Virus record (IMG/VR): IMGVR_UViG_3300017720_000003
Span: 1-64,000 of that record
DNA from: a virus
Lineage: Duplodnaviria > Caudoviricetes
Reading direction: 5' to 3' (one strand)
Length of the DNA stretch: 64,000 nt
Positions 7,801-19,500 of the stretch are shown piece after piece (the first letter of the stretch is position 1; every line of letters begins with the position of its first letter). The translations under genes were made by a program, and so were the position numbers. The notes under the pieces are model-generated. The model did not search any database, was not told where the DNA came from, and saw only the letters and a list, made by a program, of their open reading frames with translations.

Positions 7801-10547
7801 GCCATGTCTCTAGTTTGTAACGCAACTGTATCAATATCTTTAACACCATTGCCTTCTATTAGATCTATAAGATCTTGCTCAGTAAATGCACTACCCACAC
7901 CACCAAAATCATTGTTAGAATTAAGCCTTACTTGTTCAGTAACAAAGTTAGATACTGCTTCATTAATAATACCTGCCCCATCAGTTTGGCTACCGGCTAG
8001 TTTATTTAAAGAAAGTTGTAGTGATAATAGTAAAGATCTTTGAGTTGCATTTAATTCACCAGACTCTTCAATAGAATATAAACCTTCAAATGTTTTGATA
8101 AATCTGTCAAAATTATTTACATAAGTAATAAACTCCGGTTTAGCAAAATTTTCAGGATTTTCAACATATTCTGTAAATGCTTTAATTTGTTTAAGAGCAT
8201 CTCTTAACAATGCTGAATATGCCTGAGATTGAGATACAGGACCTTCTGCAATAGCAATCCCAATATATGCAAGATGACTTGCAATATCTTCTTTCATATC
8301 CTTTTGACTTCTATCCATAAAGACACTACTTCTTACAGAATCAATAGCATCTCTCTTTTTGATCAAACCAATTCTATAAGTTTCTAATGCACCTAAAATA
8401 GTATTATATTCAGGATAATCATTTATATCTATATTATCTGCTATTTCTTCATCTTTTTTAAATTGATCTTCTGGAACAAATGGTGCATTATATTGATCTG
8501 CAATAGCCTCTTCAAGCTTTTTTGTTTTGTTTGCAGAATCTAATGATTCAGGGACAATCATATTTACCATATCTAAGTTCTGGCTAGGCGGGTGATCCAC
8601 AACACCATCTGCTTGAATCTTACCACCAAACTTTTGATCTTTGCCTTTGCCAGTTATATCTGCTACAAAGTGTATAGTTGCAGCTGCATAATCACCTTCA
8701 TATACTTGATACCCCATATTTTCAGCCATCCTTCTGTAGATGTTAACCTGTAAATTATGTTGCTCTCTAGTAGATAATGATTGAACTCCTTTCTGATATA
8801 GCAAGCTTTCAGAACTCAAATCCCAAGATTTATCATATTTTTTAAGTGTTAATGATCCACCTTTTGTTGGTCTAAAGTATTTAGATTGAATTGAATTCTT
8901 ACTTGTCTTTAAATCTAATATTCTAATTTTACCGTTTTTGTCAATAATCATTAAATCAACTGTACCTGCTGTTTTAGTGGCATCATCAAAAAGAACTACT
9001 TGAGATAGTGCTATTGAATCTTCAGGCATCAAAAATTTTAAACTTGATTCTAATTGATTGTATACTTGATTAGCAATTTCAGGTGTAAGCAAACTTAAAC
9101 TTACACTATCTAAAGCTTCACCAGCAATAATAGCATCTAATAAAGCATCTACATCATTACCTAAGTCAAGATTTAATTGTACATCTTCTTGATTTTTTAG
9201 TTTACCTTTTATAGCCGTAGTGACAGAAGTATATTGTTCACCGGTATTTATATTATAATATGTATGATCTTTTTCATTAAGAATAACAATTGACCCATCA
9301 GAGGTATCTTTTAGATTTGCTGATAAAAAATCAATATCTGTTTCTGTTGTCTGTGCAACATGAAACATTTTATCTAGTATAATTTTTTGTACACCATTTG
9401 CTGAATTCCTTTGTATGTCTAAAGCCTTTTTCTTTTGTGGAGAAAGGTTATATCTAATTTTACCATTTACTCTTTTCTCAAGTTTGAATTGAATGCCTTC
9501 GGTATTTAAGAGTTTAGCAAGATCAGTAAAGTTGGTGTCTGAATTTATTGCAGATACCGGTGCTGATCTCCCTGTAAGATATTCATTTAAGTTGTTTATA
9601 ACATTCATAAACCACTCTAACACATCTTGTATTAAATTTGAAAATCTACTTGTTGGTGTAGTTTCATATTCTTCTCTAAAATGTCTAGCTAATGCTTGTG
9701 TAACTATCTCTAGATTTCTGTCTGTTTCACTAAAGCGTCTTTCTTTATTATATGAATCAGTAATTTCTTGTACCATCTCTGGAAAATTAATTCTTGCTTC
9801 AGCTAATAAATTATCAAATAATGTTTGATTATCTACTTTAATTGCATCTATAAATGGATGTAGCATTTCTTCTATTGCTACTTCATTTGTTACTCTTCCT
9901 TTTATTAAATATGCTGTTCCGTCTACATAAAAAGATCTCACCTTATCAAAAGGAACATTGCTTTTTTTCCATGATGGCATTTCGTTATACATAGCCTCAG
10001 CATCAGATACAGATAACATTTGAACATTGACTTGAGGAAACATTCTTTTAAGATGCATTACAACTGCTCTGGCTCTAGGGGTATCCCAAGCCCTTGATGA
10101 TTCAATCATATCTTTAGTTGTAAACATATCTTCATTTACAATAACTCTATATGATTGTGGTGTTCTTTCAATAGTTACTCTATTTTCTGGAATATTATTT
10201 ATAGAAAGATATCTTTTAAGTCTTTTTAAATTACTATTTAAATAAAACTCATCATACTCTTGTGTATTAGGATTTGAATTATTTATATAAAATTGATTTT
10301 GAAAGCTATGACCTATTCTTTCTCTTCTTAAATTATTTAATAGGCTTTCAGAAAAATTTCTTTGTTTTAAAGCAAATAATAATTTTTGATTACTTACAAA
10401 ATCAGCAGCTTCAAGCACGGTAGGAAAAATGTCTACATTATTAAGATCTTGCCACTGATTTATAACATTGTTTGTAGCAATCTCTGTTTTGTATACATTC
10501 TGTAATACTTTATATTCTGCAGTATTTTTGTTAGGACATCTAGCCAT
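4875..10547 (-). CDS. Giant virion ejection (cargo) protein with degenerate zincin-like and PD-(D/E)XK nuclease domains
   Basis: 1890 aa, directly downstream of the RNAP gene as in crAss-like phages; EEMLH at 9858-9872; HTYY..YTSVTT, AGTVDL..ILDLKT, QHNLQVNIY motifs. Confidence 0.75.
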   Translation of the reverse strand: MARCPNKNTAEYKVLQNVYKTEIATNNVINQWQDLNNVDIFPTVLEAADFVSNQKLLFALKQRNFSESLLNNLRRERIGHSFQNQFYINNSNPNTQEYDEFYLNSNLKRLKRYLSINNIPENRVTIERTPQSYRVIVNEDMFTTKDMIESSRAWDTPRARAVVMHLKRMFPQVNVQMLSVSDAEAMYNEMPSWKKSNVPFDKVRSFYVDGTAYLIKGRVTNEVAIEEMLHPFIDAIKVDNQTLFDNLLAEARINFPEMVQEITDSYNKERRFSETDRNLEIVTQALARHFREEYETTPTSRFSNLIQDVLEWFMNVINNLNEYLTGRSAPVSAINSDTNFTDLAKLLNTEGIQFKLEKRVNGKIRYNLSPQKKKALDIQRNSANGVQKIILDKMFHVAQTTETDIDFLSANLKDTSDGSIVILNEKDHTYYNINTGEQYTSVTTAIKGKLKNQEDVQLNLDLGNDVDALLDAIIAGEALDSVSLSLLTPEIANQVYNQLESSLKFLMPEDSIALSQVVLFDDATKTAGTVDLMIIDKNGKIRILDLKTSKNSIQSKYFRPTKGGSLTLKKYDKSWDLSSESLLYQKGVQSLSTREQHNLQVNIYRRMAENMGYQVYEGDYAAATIHFVADITGKGKDQKFGGKIQADGVVDHPPSQNLDMVNMIVPESLDSANKTKKLEEAIADQYNAPFVPEDQFKKDEEIADNIDINDYPEYNTILGALETYRIGLIKKRDAIDSVRSSVFMDRSQKDMKEDIASHLAYIGIAIAEGPVSQSQAYSALLRDALKQIKAFTEYVENPENFAKPEFITYVNNFDRFIKTFEGLYSIEESGELNATQRSLLLSLQLSLNKLAGSQTDGAGIINEAVSNFVTEQVRLNSNNDFGGVGSAFTEQDLIDLIEGNGVKDIDTVALQTRDMATSPKVLLAVMDRLFKAKKQRLLDNIGSRNEILAKTSNKLLKLSPTDDRQKIYDFMHESDGRYVKPIGQQYYDLQDELRSVLYDNEGHPYVYNDITDLDSASQEDINYNIKLANDKRAFSQFFAAEVKDEDGNLVDGMYHRYTSEFKEERKKYEYWTPGTENNPYGTWRRKNSRTISDKEYSIYEAKYYDIIDYTKAQRNSLGEATGIVVRGQTFRAVKEQYRDVRLETADGRDMASAKYRSIMNPTDALGQAQKEFYDMYIDIYENDLLKKLPVGIMTQMMGRTPLVKNNFIDELKKKPSFFTRAYAKTIGNEAWKIFQSTSQQRGIVTDENGNLISSLPIYYVGRPRLEGELEDIQKQIVTLQDKKKKGLIGPSAYSKELAELKGKESKLLAQPATNEISRDLGESLMKFSAMAENYEVMGTIEDTLLAFVNVIEKREYQPADPAITTGTRIDGAFKERGIIKGADSNILRKAKKWMSMTYYEEDSMSKGAVDKISDGLIQLSSLSYVAFNPFGNFNNYVIGRINNNIEMLGSRFFSKKAYRRATWEFNKRAVPDLVQRSSYVVGDLGDVLTFGLVPGLKNSTYDAKKPNSKYEAFVDMFRMMDKMSDLREQTTDTSTGRSWFSRASEWGYILQDAAEYNVQTKVGMAILMDTQLKNSETGESMSLYDAFTYDPKTHKNKIKDGFDTVIKRNGQEVPYTDEFRYEIRNEIREVNKQIHGNYAKEDRVVMQSTTIGKLAFQFHKWVAPAIRARYQREYFDQNLGWMEGRYISAFKFLNYVKGELVKGNKEFSKYDEGFLEAYGYTGEGGNLDQRAKNKLYGFYRSMGEIGIMLSTFVLSQVLSSLLAGEDDDSDTTKRLKNIIRYQADRTYKELVMFTPLPDGLEQQYQMFKSPIAATRTMGELGEAISLSITTPMAYLYYSDEEFRTNSNYVYQQKPRKGQLKVYKNWKDVIPILYSIQKYDAYLRMNNYFIK

Positions 10548-10550
10548 GAC

Positions 10551-13500
10551 TTATAAATTACATTTTTTAATTTGATCTATGAAACTTTCTTCATTTTCAT
10601 AGATTCCGTTATTATATTCATCAATGAAGTCTTCCAAAGATAGGATATTATTTTCTCTCAAAGATGCCATTGCTTCTTTATTTCCTTGTATGTTAGCATC
10701 CCAAAAATTAGTAAGTGTTGGAAATTGTTCTTCTAGTTCCATTTCAAAATCTAAAGTCATCTGGCTTTCCACCTCATCTATTTCAGGTAATGATGTATCA
10801 ACATTATCAATAACATTTGCTTCTAATTCACTTTGATCTTGTGCATCTTGATTTAACCCAAGTTGCTCTAACAGTAATGCTGTGTCAGCAACATTAGTCA
10901 TAGTTGCTTCAGGATCAAGTTGTACTTCAATACTATTTTCATTTGCCTCAATATTTACATTATCAGCTTTTAATATTTCCTCTTGTATTGCTACGGCATC
11001 ATCTATTGCTACTGTAAAATCTGATGGATCTTCTTGTGTTGTTCCATTTTTAGAATCTACAAAAGCTCTTACTTCTTTATACGTAGGTCTAGGTCCAAAC
11101 ATAAAACCAATATGTGTTTGTTGATTAGAGCCAAACGGATCTATTTCCTTATATGTTTTAGATTCTGAATCTAACTTATATGTTTTGATTACACCTTGTA
11201 CATCACCAATTCTAACATAGTTTGGTGTAACATCTCTACTTAAACCAACTGCCATCCAGTTTACTGTTACTTCATTGTCTTTTACTTGAACGCCCTTTTG
11301 TAAACTTCCCGTTGCTGAAGACCTTTTAAAAGTCCAAAGCTTTGATCCATTAATGTTAGACTCAAGAAAACCTTCTGTAAATTCTTTTGTTAACTCTTCT
11401 TGAGATAACCCAAATACAGATTCAAAAGAAACATCTCCTCTAACCGCTTGTTCAACAGTATTAATATGAGATAAAAATTTGTTTATTGTAAATGGAGCAA
11501 TTGCTTCTAATAAACTACCATATCTTAATTGTAACCCATCTTTAACCATGATATAGTTAATTATTGTCTGAGCTTGATTTTTAGTATCAAGAGAGCCATA
11601 TAGTTGTGCAAAGCTATTTTGTAAATCCACCTTTTGTGGAGCAGATAAGTTTCTAAATGTATTAGCCATTGCTATATTAAGACCTGAATTATTACCTACA
11701 TCGGATGCAGATTCTGGTATAACAAAATTATCAATAAAGAAATTTGATTCATTTTTTGATTCTAATACTTCTTTTATTTCATTTATAACATCAACAATAG
11801 ATCTATCTGAATTAGGATATATTAAATCATTACTTAATACTTTTTCATTAAGCGTCCCGTTTTGTAGAAGATTATACTGATAACCTTTTATATTAAGATA
11901 AGATAAAAGATCCAATGCAATATTTTGCACGTCTTCTGTTTTTAATGTTGTAGCCCTTGTATCTATATTGTCAACTACATTATCTAATATATCTTGAAAA
12001 ACAGGTGAACTACTTAAAAATGTTACCGGTAATAATTCATCAGTAAGCTGTTTAAACAATCTTAAATATGTACTATTCCATGTATTACTACTATAAATTT
12101 TAGTTAAATCTAATGGGGCATCTTGAGAAAGCAATTCCTGTATTTTTTCTTTCTTATCTAATACGGTTGCAATATTTTTACCTAGACCTTTAGTAAGACT
12201 TGTGGGTGCACTCATTTTATTTGTAAAAGTTTCAAGATCCATAAACTCTTTAAACTTTGACAGTATACTTACAGTCTCTTGATCACTTACCCCCTCTGGT
12301 TCATTAATGACATTTAGTAATAATTCATCGTTAACTTTTAATGTTGATTTAGATCCATCTTCAACTAATTCCTTTATTTTGTTTTCTACTAATTTTTCAA
12401 TGCCCGGATCAAACTTATCTTTTTTATTTAATGCTTGAGAATACAAATCTTGTATAACGGGATTGTTTATTAATAATATAGATGTTCTAATAGGTACACT
12501 TAATGAAGTCATCATTGATACCAAACCTAATGCATGTCTATTTAAACCCAGCTTAGAAAACAAACGCTCTTTAGCATTATCTGTAGCCATAGTAATAAGA
12601 GAGGATATTGTATCTTGCTTTCTTTGATTACCCTCATTCTTTTTTTCTGTAGTATATTTAAATGAGTCGTAAGTTACACCATCTATGCTAATTGGGCTTT
12701 TTAAATCAATATCATATTCAGTGAGCAAACTAAGATATAAATTAGGTAATACAGCAGCTCCAATAGAAGCTCCTTTATTTGCTTTGAAAGCAAGTATCTT
12801 ACCAACCAAATCATCTACATCATTATTTTCCTCTAACATTCTATTCTCAAATAACTTTGATTCTTCAGCTAATAATGATAATGTAGTTTCAAGTATATCT
12901 AATGTAGCAGGTGAATAAGAAATAGGATTTTCTCCAGATGCTACACTATCATTTCCAAGTAATGCATATTTATAATCTAAAATTTTGTTATTTAATGGAG
13001 CAGCATATGGTTCACCAAATTTAGCAACATACTCACCGTATTGTGCTTTGGTAATAGGTAAACCAAGCATTTGTAATGCCTTTACACCTGCTTCTTTTAA
13101 TCCTGCATCTGTAACAATATTTTGTTTTGTTAGAAATTGATAGTATGCTTTTTCTTCAGATTCTGAAAGGCTATTTTCAATTTTAGCTGCATCTAAATTT
13201 TCATCATAAGTTAAATAAGCTTCAGAGTATATTGTTCCAGACTTACTTACATTAGTATTTACATATCTAATATAATCTGAATAATTTTCTTCAACTGTAT
13301 TTTTATTACCATACTCAAAAAATTCTCCATCTTTTACATAGAAGTCTTTAAACTGTGCAAAGACTTTATCAATATCAAAATCTGCACCAGATACCTCAAT
13401 TAATTCTCTAGCAAACATTGCTGATGAACCAAAATACACAGGCATAAAATCAACCCATTTAATATTCATTGCTGAGTGATTATCTTGAGATGGTATTCTT

Positions 13501-16500
13501 ACACCAAACATTTTTGATATTACTTCAGGCATAGTTGCTGAAGGTGTATTTTCAATTAAATCCATTACAGATTTATGATGTGATGGCATCATCATCTCAG
13601 TATACCTTTGACCTGTAGGTTCACCATTAGCATCATATTCCATTACACCATGTCTTAATCTATCTAATACAACAACGCCTTCTGGACCTATATTCTCTTG
13701 TGTTAAAGAATCAATATTAAGTAAATCATTTTCATTTCCTTGCCAAGCAGCTCTTCTTATAATTTCAGATCTAATTGGTATTCCATCTTTAATTTCAAAT
13801 ACTCTCCTATAAACTTTATTTCCAAAGTCTGATACTAATGTAAGACCTAAGCCAGGTGTTCTTTCTGAAAATACCCCTTTACTAAAGTAGCTTAAAAATA
13901 ATTGCTCAAACTTTCTTATTGTGATTTGATTATTTAAGTTATAATTTGGTACTCCATTAGTCATAGAAAAGAATTCAAGTATCTGGCTACTAGATTGTGA
14001 GGCTTTAAGACCGCTTAATGCAAACTCTAAAAATGCAGCAAGCTTAGGTGTAACTTTACCAGAAGCTTGAGATATACTTAATTCATCCATTGCACCATCA
14101 AAACTAAATATTAAATTTCTTTTATCTTTAAATCTTAAACTAACTCTTTCTGATACAGCTTTATTATATTCTGTTCTAATTTCACCAACAGTCATATTTA
14201 ATGCTGGAACAAATTGATTATCATTTTGTTCAGATGTTAATATCTGTTTTATTTGTGTAGGATCAACTTGCTCTAATTTATTAGATGGATTTAATTGTTG
14301 TAGACCCATAAATCTAGCATCTAATGTAGTATAACCCTTGGTAAATGGATTACCATCGGCTAGTTCTTCAAGTGAATTAACACGTTGTTTTTTCATTTTA
14401 ACTGCACTTAATGGAGCAGCAATTGCAATTGTTTCTTTTTCTTTTTCAATAGCTTCTAACTTTACTCTTAGATTATGAAGTGATTCCAGTCCTGGTTTTG
14501 GCAACCACATCTTTATATCTCCATCCCATATAGATGTATATTCTGGTGTTAAAGTAAAAGCAGACATTTTAAGAAATGTACTTCCATCACCATAAACAAA
14601 CTTTTTGGAATTTAACAATGCTTGCATCTTAGCATAACCTTCAGGTGTAGCTTCATTTCCAAATACTGAATCAGAAGTTATTGTTTGACCTGTCTCAATT
14701 CTATTAATCAATTCAGCTTGAGCTGCTGTTAATTTACCAAAACCAAACCACATATATCTAAATGCTTTTGTTGTAATATACATTTGAGCATCAGCAATAT
14801 CAATTCCACTGTCTTCCGGTTCTTCTAATGTAACTAAACTTATATCATCTACAGGATGGATAACACCATGAGATGGAGCCGTTATAGCTGAGTATGCACT
14901 ATAGTATGCACCGTTTTGCATTTTAGCTCTTTTAATCTGATCTACTGAATCTTTTAAAGAAACAGCTTGATCACCTAAAAGAATCTCATTTATAGAGTAT
15001 GAATTTATAGCATCATTAAAAAATATCTGTTTAAGATTATGTCTGTAGTTATCATTAAGATTTAATAATGAAGCAGATTGTACAAGAGCAGTTCTACTTA
15101 CACCAGCTGCTATAATAGGACCTGATTTTACTTGATTAGATATTTGGTCTTCTATTTTTAATTCATCTATTAACTGTTCAAATACTTGAAAACGGCTTTC
15201 TAAGCTATCAACTACACCTTCTCTTAATGCTGTCATTCCAGATACCTCATTGGTAACCTCACCAGTTTGTTGTGCAACTGTCACTGTTCCTGCTAAAGCA
15301 TCATCTAGTGTGATAACATTACCTGCATTACCTGCTTGAATTGCTGCGTTAATAAGAAAAGTCTGTTGTTCTTCAGACATTAATGTCTTAGTGTTAAAAA
15401 ATGTAAGTGCTCTTCCGTCAGTATATCCTAATATATCTTCTTGAGTTTTTGTTGCATTATTTGCTTCTCTGTTTATTCTAGCAAACTCAGTTCTAATTTT
15501 ATCAATATATATATCTACAGCCTCTTCAGTTAAAACAGCTTCTTCATTAACCATTTCCACAGTCTTAATTACCGGAAGATTAATCATATCTCCTGTATTA
15601 GACGCTTCCATTACTCTTATAAGCACCGGTGCTAATCCAGTAGTAATTTTATTACCCTCATCATCTAAACTTTCTACATTAGATACTTTATAACTTTTAC
15701 TATTTAATAAGCCTGCATAATTATTTATTAAGTTCAGAGCAAACTCTTGTGGGGTAAAATCACCATATGTTGAAGTTTGCTTGACCCCTTGTAAAGAATC
15801 ATTTAGTTCTTCTTCAGTTGATAACAGGTCACCTATTTTATTTCCTGCTACTCTTATTATTTGCAATCTTGATTCTAATGATAGCTGATTAAAAGCTGCA
15901 TTATTTAATAAAAAGTTATTTGCCAAATAAGGATCTGATTTTAATAACTCTTCTAAACTATCTGCATTATTTAATTGTGCTACCTTTTTTAAATGATATG
16001 TTGGTAGTTGGTGTGCATAAACTAAATCACCATTAGGATTTTTAAATACAGATGCTCCAATTGTTTCATCAAATGGTGCATTACCAACTGCCATTTTCTT
16101 TAATCTAGAATCCATACCAGATTGATCAACTGCAAAGATATCATTGTTGTCTTGAATTAACTGACTCATTAAAGCTATAGAACTTTCTTTATAAGGCTTG
16201 CCGTCTAAATCATGAGTTAATGTTGGCGTTTCATTTTTATTTAAATCTAAAAAAACACGTTGATCAGAGTTTAAATTAGATCTGTTATATAACATGCTAT
16301 ACTGAAGATAAAGTGGACTAATTTTAATACCAGAAAGATTAAATAATTGCTCAGAGTATTTTTTAGAATCTTTCTTAAGTTTTGTACTACTAATACCTTT
16401 GCTGTTTGGTATTATTTCACTTTGAATTTCAGCAAGTAAAGTTATCAGTTCTGTTTTCAAATTAGGATTAGACAAAAGTTGTTTTCTTTTACTAATAAAT

Positions 16501-19500
16501 CCTTGACTCCATCTATCTAATTGAGAATTAGTATCATCTCTTTCTGACGCAGAATATACTATTGTGTTACCTGCATTGTCCCTTTCATTAAATAAGTAGT
16601 CAACTCTAAAGTTTTCAAAACCTTTTAGTATTGACTGAAATAATAAAGGAGAATTAACTTCTAACGGAATGCTATTGTCACTTAACAATTGTTGTTCAGT
16701 TATTCCTACATCATTTAGGATCCTACGCACAACAGCTGCTGTTTCTGAATTATCTTGTCCAAAGAAATACATGCTTTGTAATATCTGTTTAGGATCAGTT
16801 AAGTTTTTAACAGCTTTAAGTAAACCATTATAAGCTTCTACAAAATCAACAGCTATTATTATTGGCTCACCGTTTGTTAATTCAGTATTTCCAAAATAAT
16901 CAGTTGCTTCTACAGAAGTTGTTGCTATATAAGCTCTAAGCTGACTAGATAAAGATCTAAATCCACCAATCATTGATGCATCTTTATCATACTCAGATGT
17001 AGTTCTCAAACCAGTAGAGTCTTCAAACTCTTCTACTTGAAATTCTTCTTCATTGGCCTTATCACTTATTTGATTAATATACTTTACACTTTGATTTCTT
17101 ATCTCATCACTATAATTATCAAAAGCTGATTGTATTTCAATTAATTTTTGTTTCTGTAAATCAGTTTTATTTTCATTAATAGGATTATCTATACTATATA
17201 AAAATTCAAAATCATCTAGTATAGAATCCATTTGTTCTTTAGGATTATAAGATTCATTTAATTTAGATATACGTTGTAAAAACATAGCTGATATATTTCT
17301 TACTAAAGGATCTGCTATATCACTATCTAAATAAATAAACCCTAAAGTATCATCTTTACTTATTGAGTCATGTGGTATTAATGCATTAGCCTCTATAGTA
17401 GTTCCTACATCCAATGCTGTAGTAAATTCATTATTAGCTATTTGTGCACCTTTGAATTTACCTGAGTCAATATTTTCAAATAAAGTACGTAATTCATTTT
17501 TTGAATATGAATTAAAAACACCTTGTATCCATTCTATAATTCTAGTAAATAAAGATTTAACACTTGCATCAGTGTTTGTATTCTTAGGATTTATTTTGAA
17601 CTTTTCAAATTCATCTGCTAAATATTCTTCATAGTATTCATTCTCTAGTTGTTTCCTAGTCATGTTACTATATGTATCTGCAGAGTTTTTAAATTTTTCA
17701 AGTTCTTTCTCAAAGCTTTTTCCTTCAGCTCTAAGTTTAGCTCTTACTTCTTTTCTTGCTATACTTCTATATTTAGTTATCTCCTCATTACTAAGTAACA
17801 TTCTAAATACCCCATGAAAAGCCTCATGATATTTGTATGGAGATGTTGCACCAGTATAAATAGTTCCTGATACTTTTTGTCCACCAGCTACATGATTTAA
17901 TCCTAATACAAACGCACCAACACGTACACCACCAGCTTTTAAATTATTTCCTAATGTTGTTATATCAGCTATATTAATAAAACTAGGTAAGTTACTTGCA
18001 GCCCAGTCAGTAAAAATATCTATATCTTCTACATCTGATAAACTTAAATCAGAAGAAGACATAATTTTATTAGCTTCTTTTTCAATTGCTTTTCTTTGAG
18101 CTAATAATTTTTGATACTCTTCATTTGTTCTAAGAGTCTTACCTCTTTCTTTAGGTTGTACACCTTCTAACAGCTGTGCCTTAAGAGTTTCAAGTTTTTG
18201 TTTTATATCTTCAAGCTTACTAACTTCTTGTGTTGGTTGTGAACCTTCGCCACCTTTTTTAGAAACCATTACATTAATAGTAGCAGCTCTCATATTATAA
18301 ACTTCTACTTCTCTTGGTGTTAGATTATCCACACCCTCTCTAACAATTTTATTTACTATATGATTAATGTATTCAGAAGGTAATGTAATAAAATCTTTAG
18401 CTGCAAATTCAGCAAATGCTGGATCACTTAAATCTAATAAACTAAACTCCGCTTCTTCAGAAGTAAAATTAGATTCTTCTACTACTTCAATAATATCTTC
18501 TTTTATGTTACCCTTATCAACTTCAGCTTGAATGGCTGAGGAATCACCTATTGCTCTAGCTGAATTATTTAATACTACTTCTGGTCTCACATTAGTAGTA
18601 GTAGCATCTATAAGATCAGCAGCAGATACCTGTGTTGGAAATGATTGTCTAAAGTTTTTATTTGATATTTTATTTCCTGATTCTGCTATATCTGCGTTAT
18701 TATTAAAATCATTAATTAATGCTTGTATATAACCATTGATAGATGAATCTGATACAAAACTTTTTGCATTTCCAGCAGGTATATCTATAGTAATAGTATC
18801 TCCTATTTGTTTACCTATATCTGTATTATATAATTGTAGTTGTAACTTACCCCATGGAGTAACTTGTAAAGAAATATTATAACCTTCTTTAGCTGATATA
18901 AATACAGACCCTCTTATATTCTCTTCATTAAATTGAGTGTTATATGCTAAGTCTTTAGCTTTACCATCTTTATCTAAGTTTTCCTTTTTAGTTTTTTGTG
19001 CACGGTTAACAAGATCTGCTGCTAAATTATCTCTTTGAGATTTATTAAATGTACGGGCTTTTAAATTAACAGGTCTGTAAGATCCATCAGGTAATTGTAC
19101 TATAGCTATATATCTATCAGTACCATTCTTAATATCATCCCACATTAAATCTTTTTCAAGTCTAGATTTTATTTTATTAGATAGCTTAACTCCCTCACTA
19201 CCTTCTAGTGAAGTAATAAATTCTACTGATCTAGCACCTCCCTTTTTCCTTTTTAAATCAAAAATAAAATAGTTACCATTTTCATCAGCGTGTTCATAGC
19301 GTAAATCTTTTAAAGATCTTGTTGAACTATTGTCATAAGACATTCCTCCTTTTTGAGCAACAAATCCTAATCCAAATGGTAAATCATTTAATGATACAAT
19401 ATTCATATCTACATTACTCTTCATTACACCATCAGCATATGAAACCAATAATGCATTCAGAGCAAAATTATTTCTTGCTAACTCTAAAGCTTGTTTTGGA

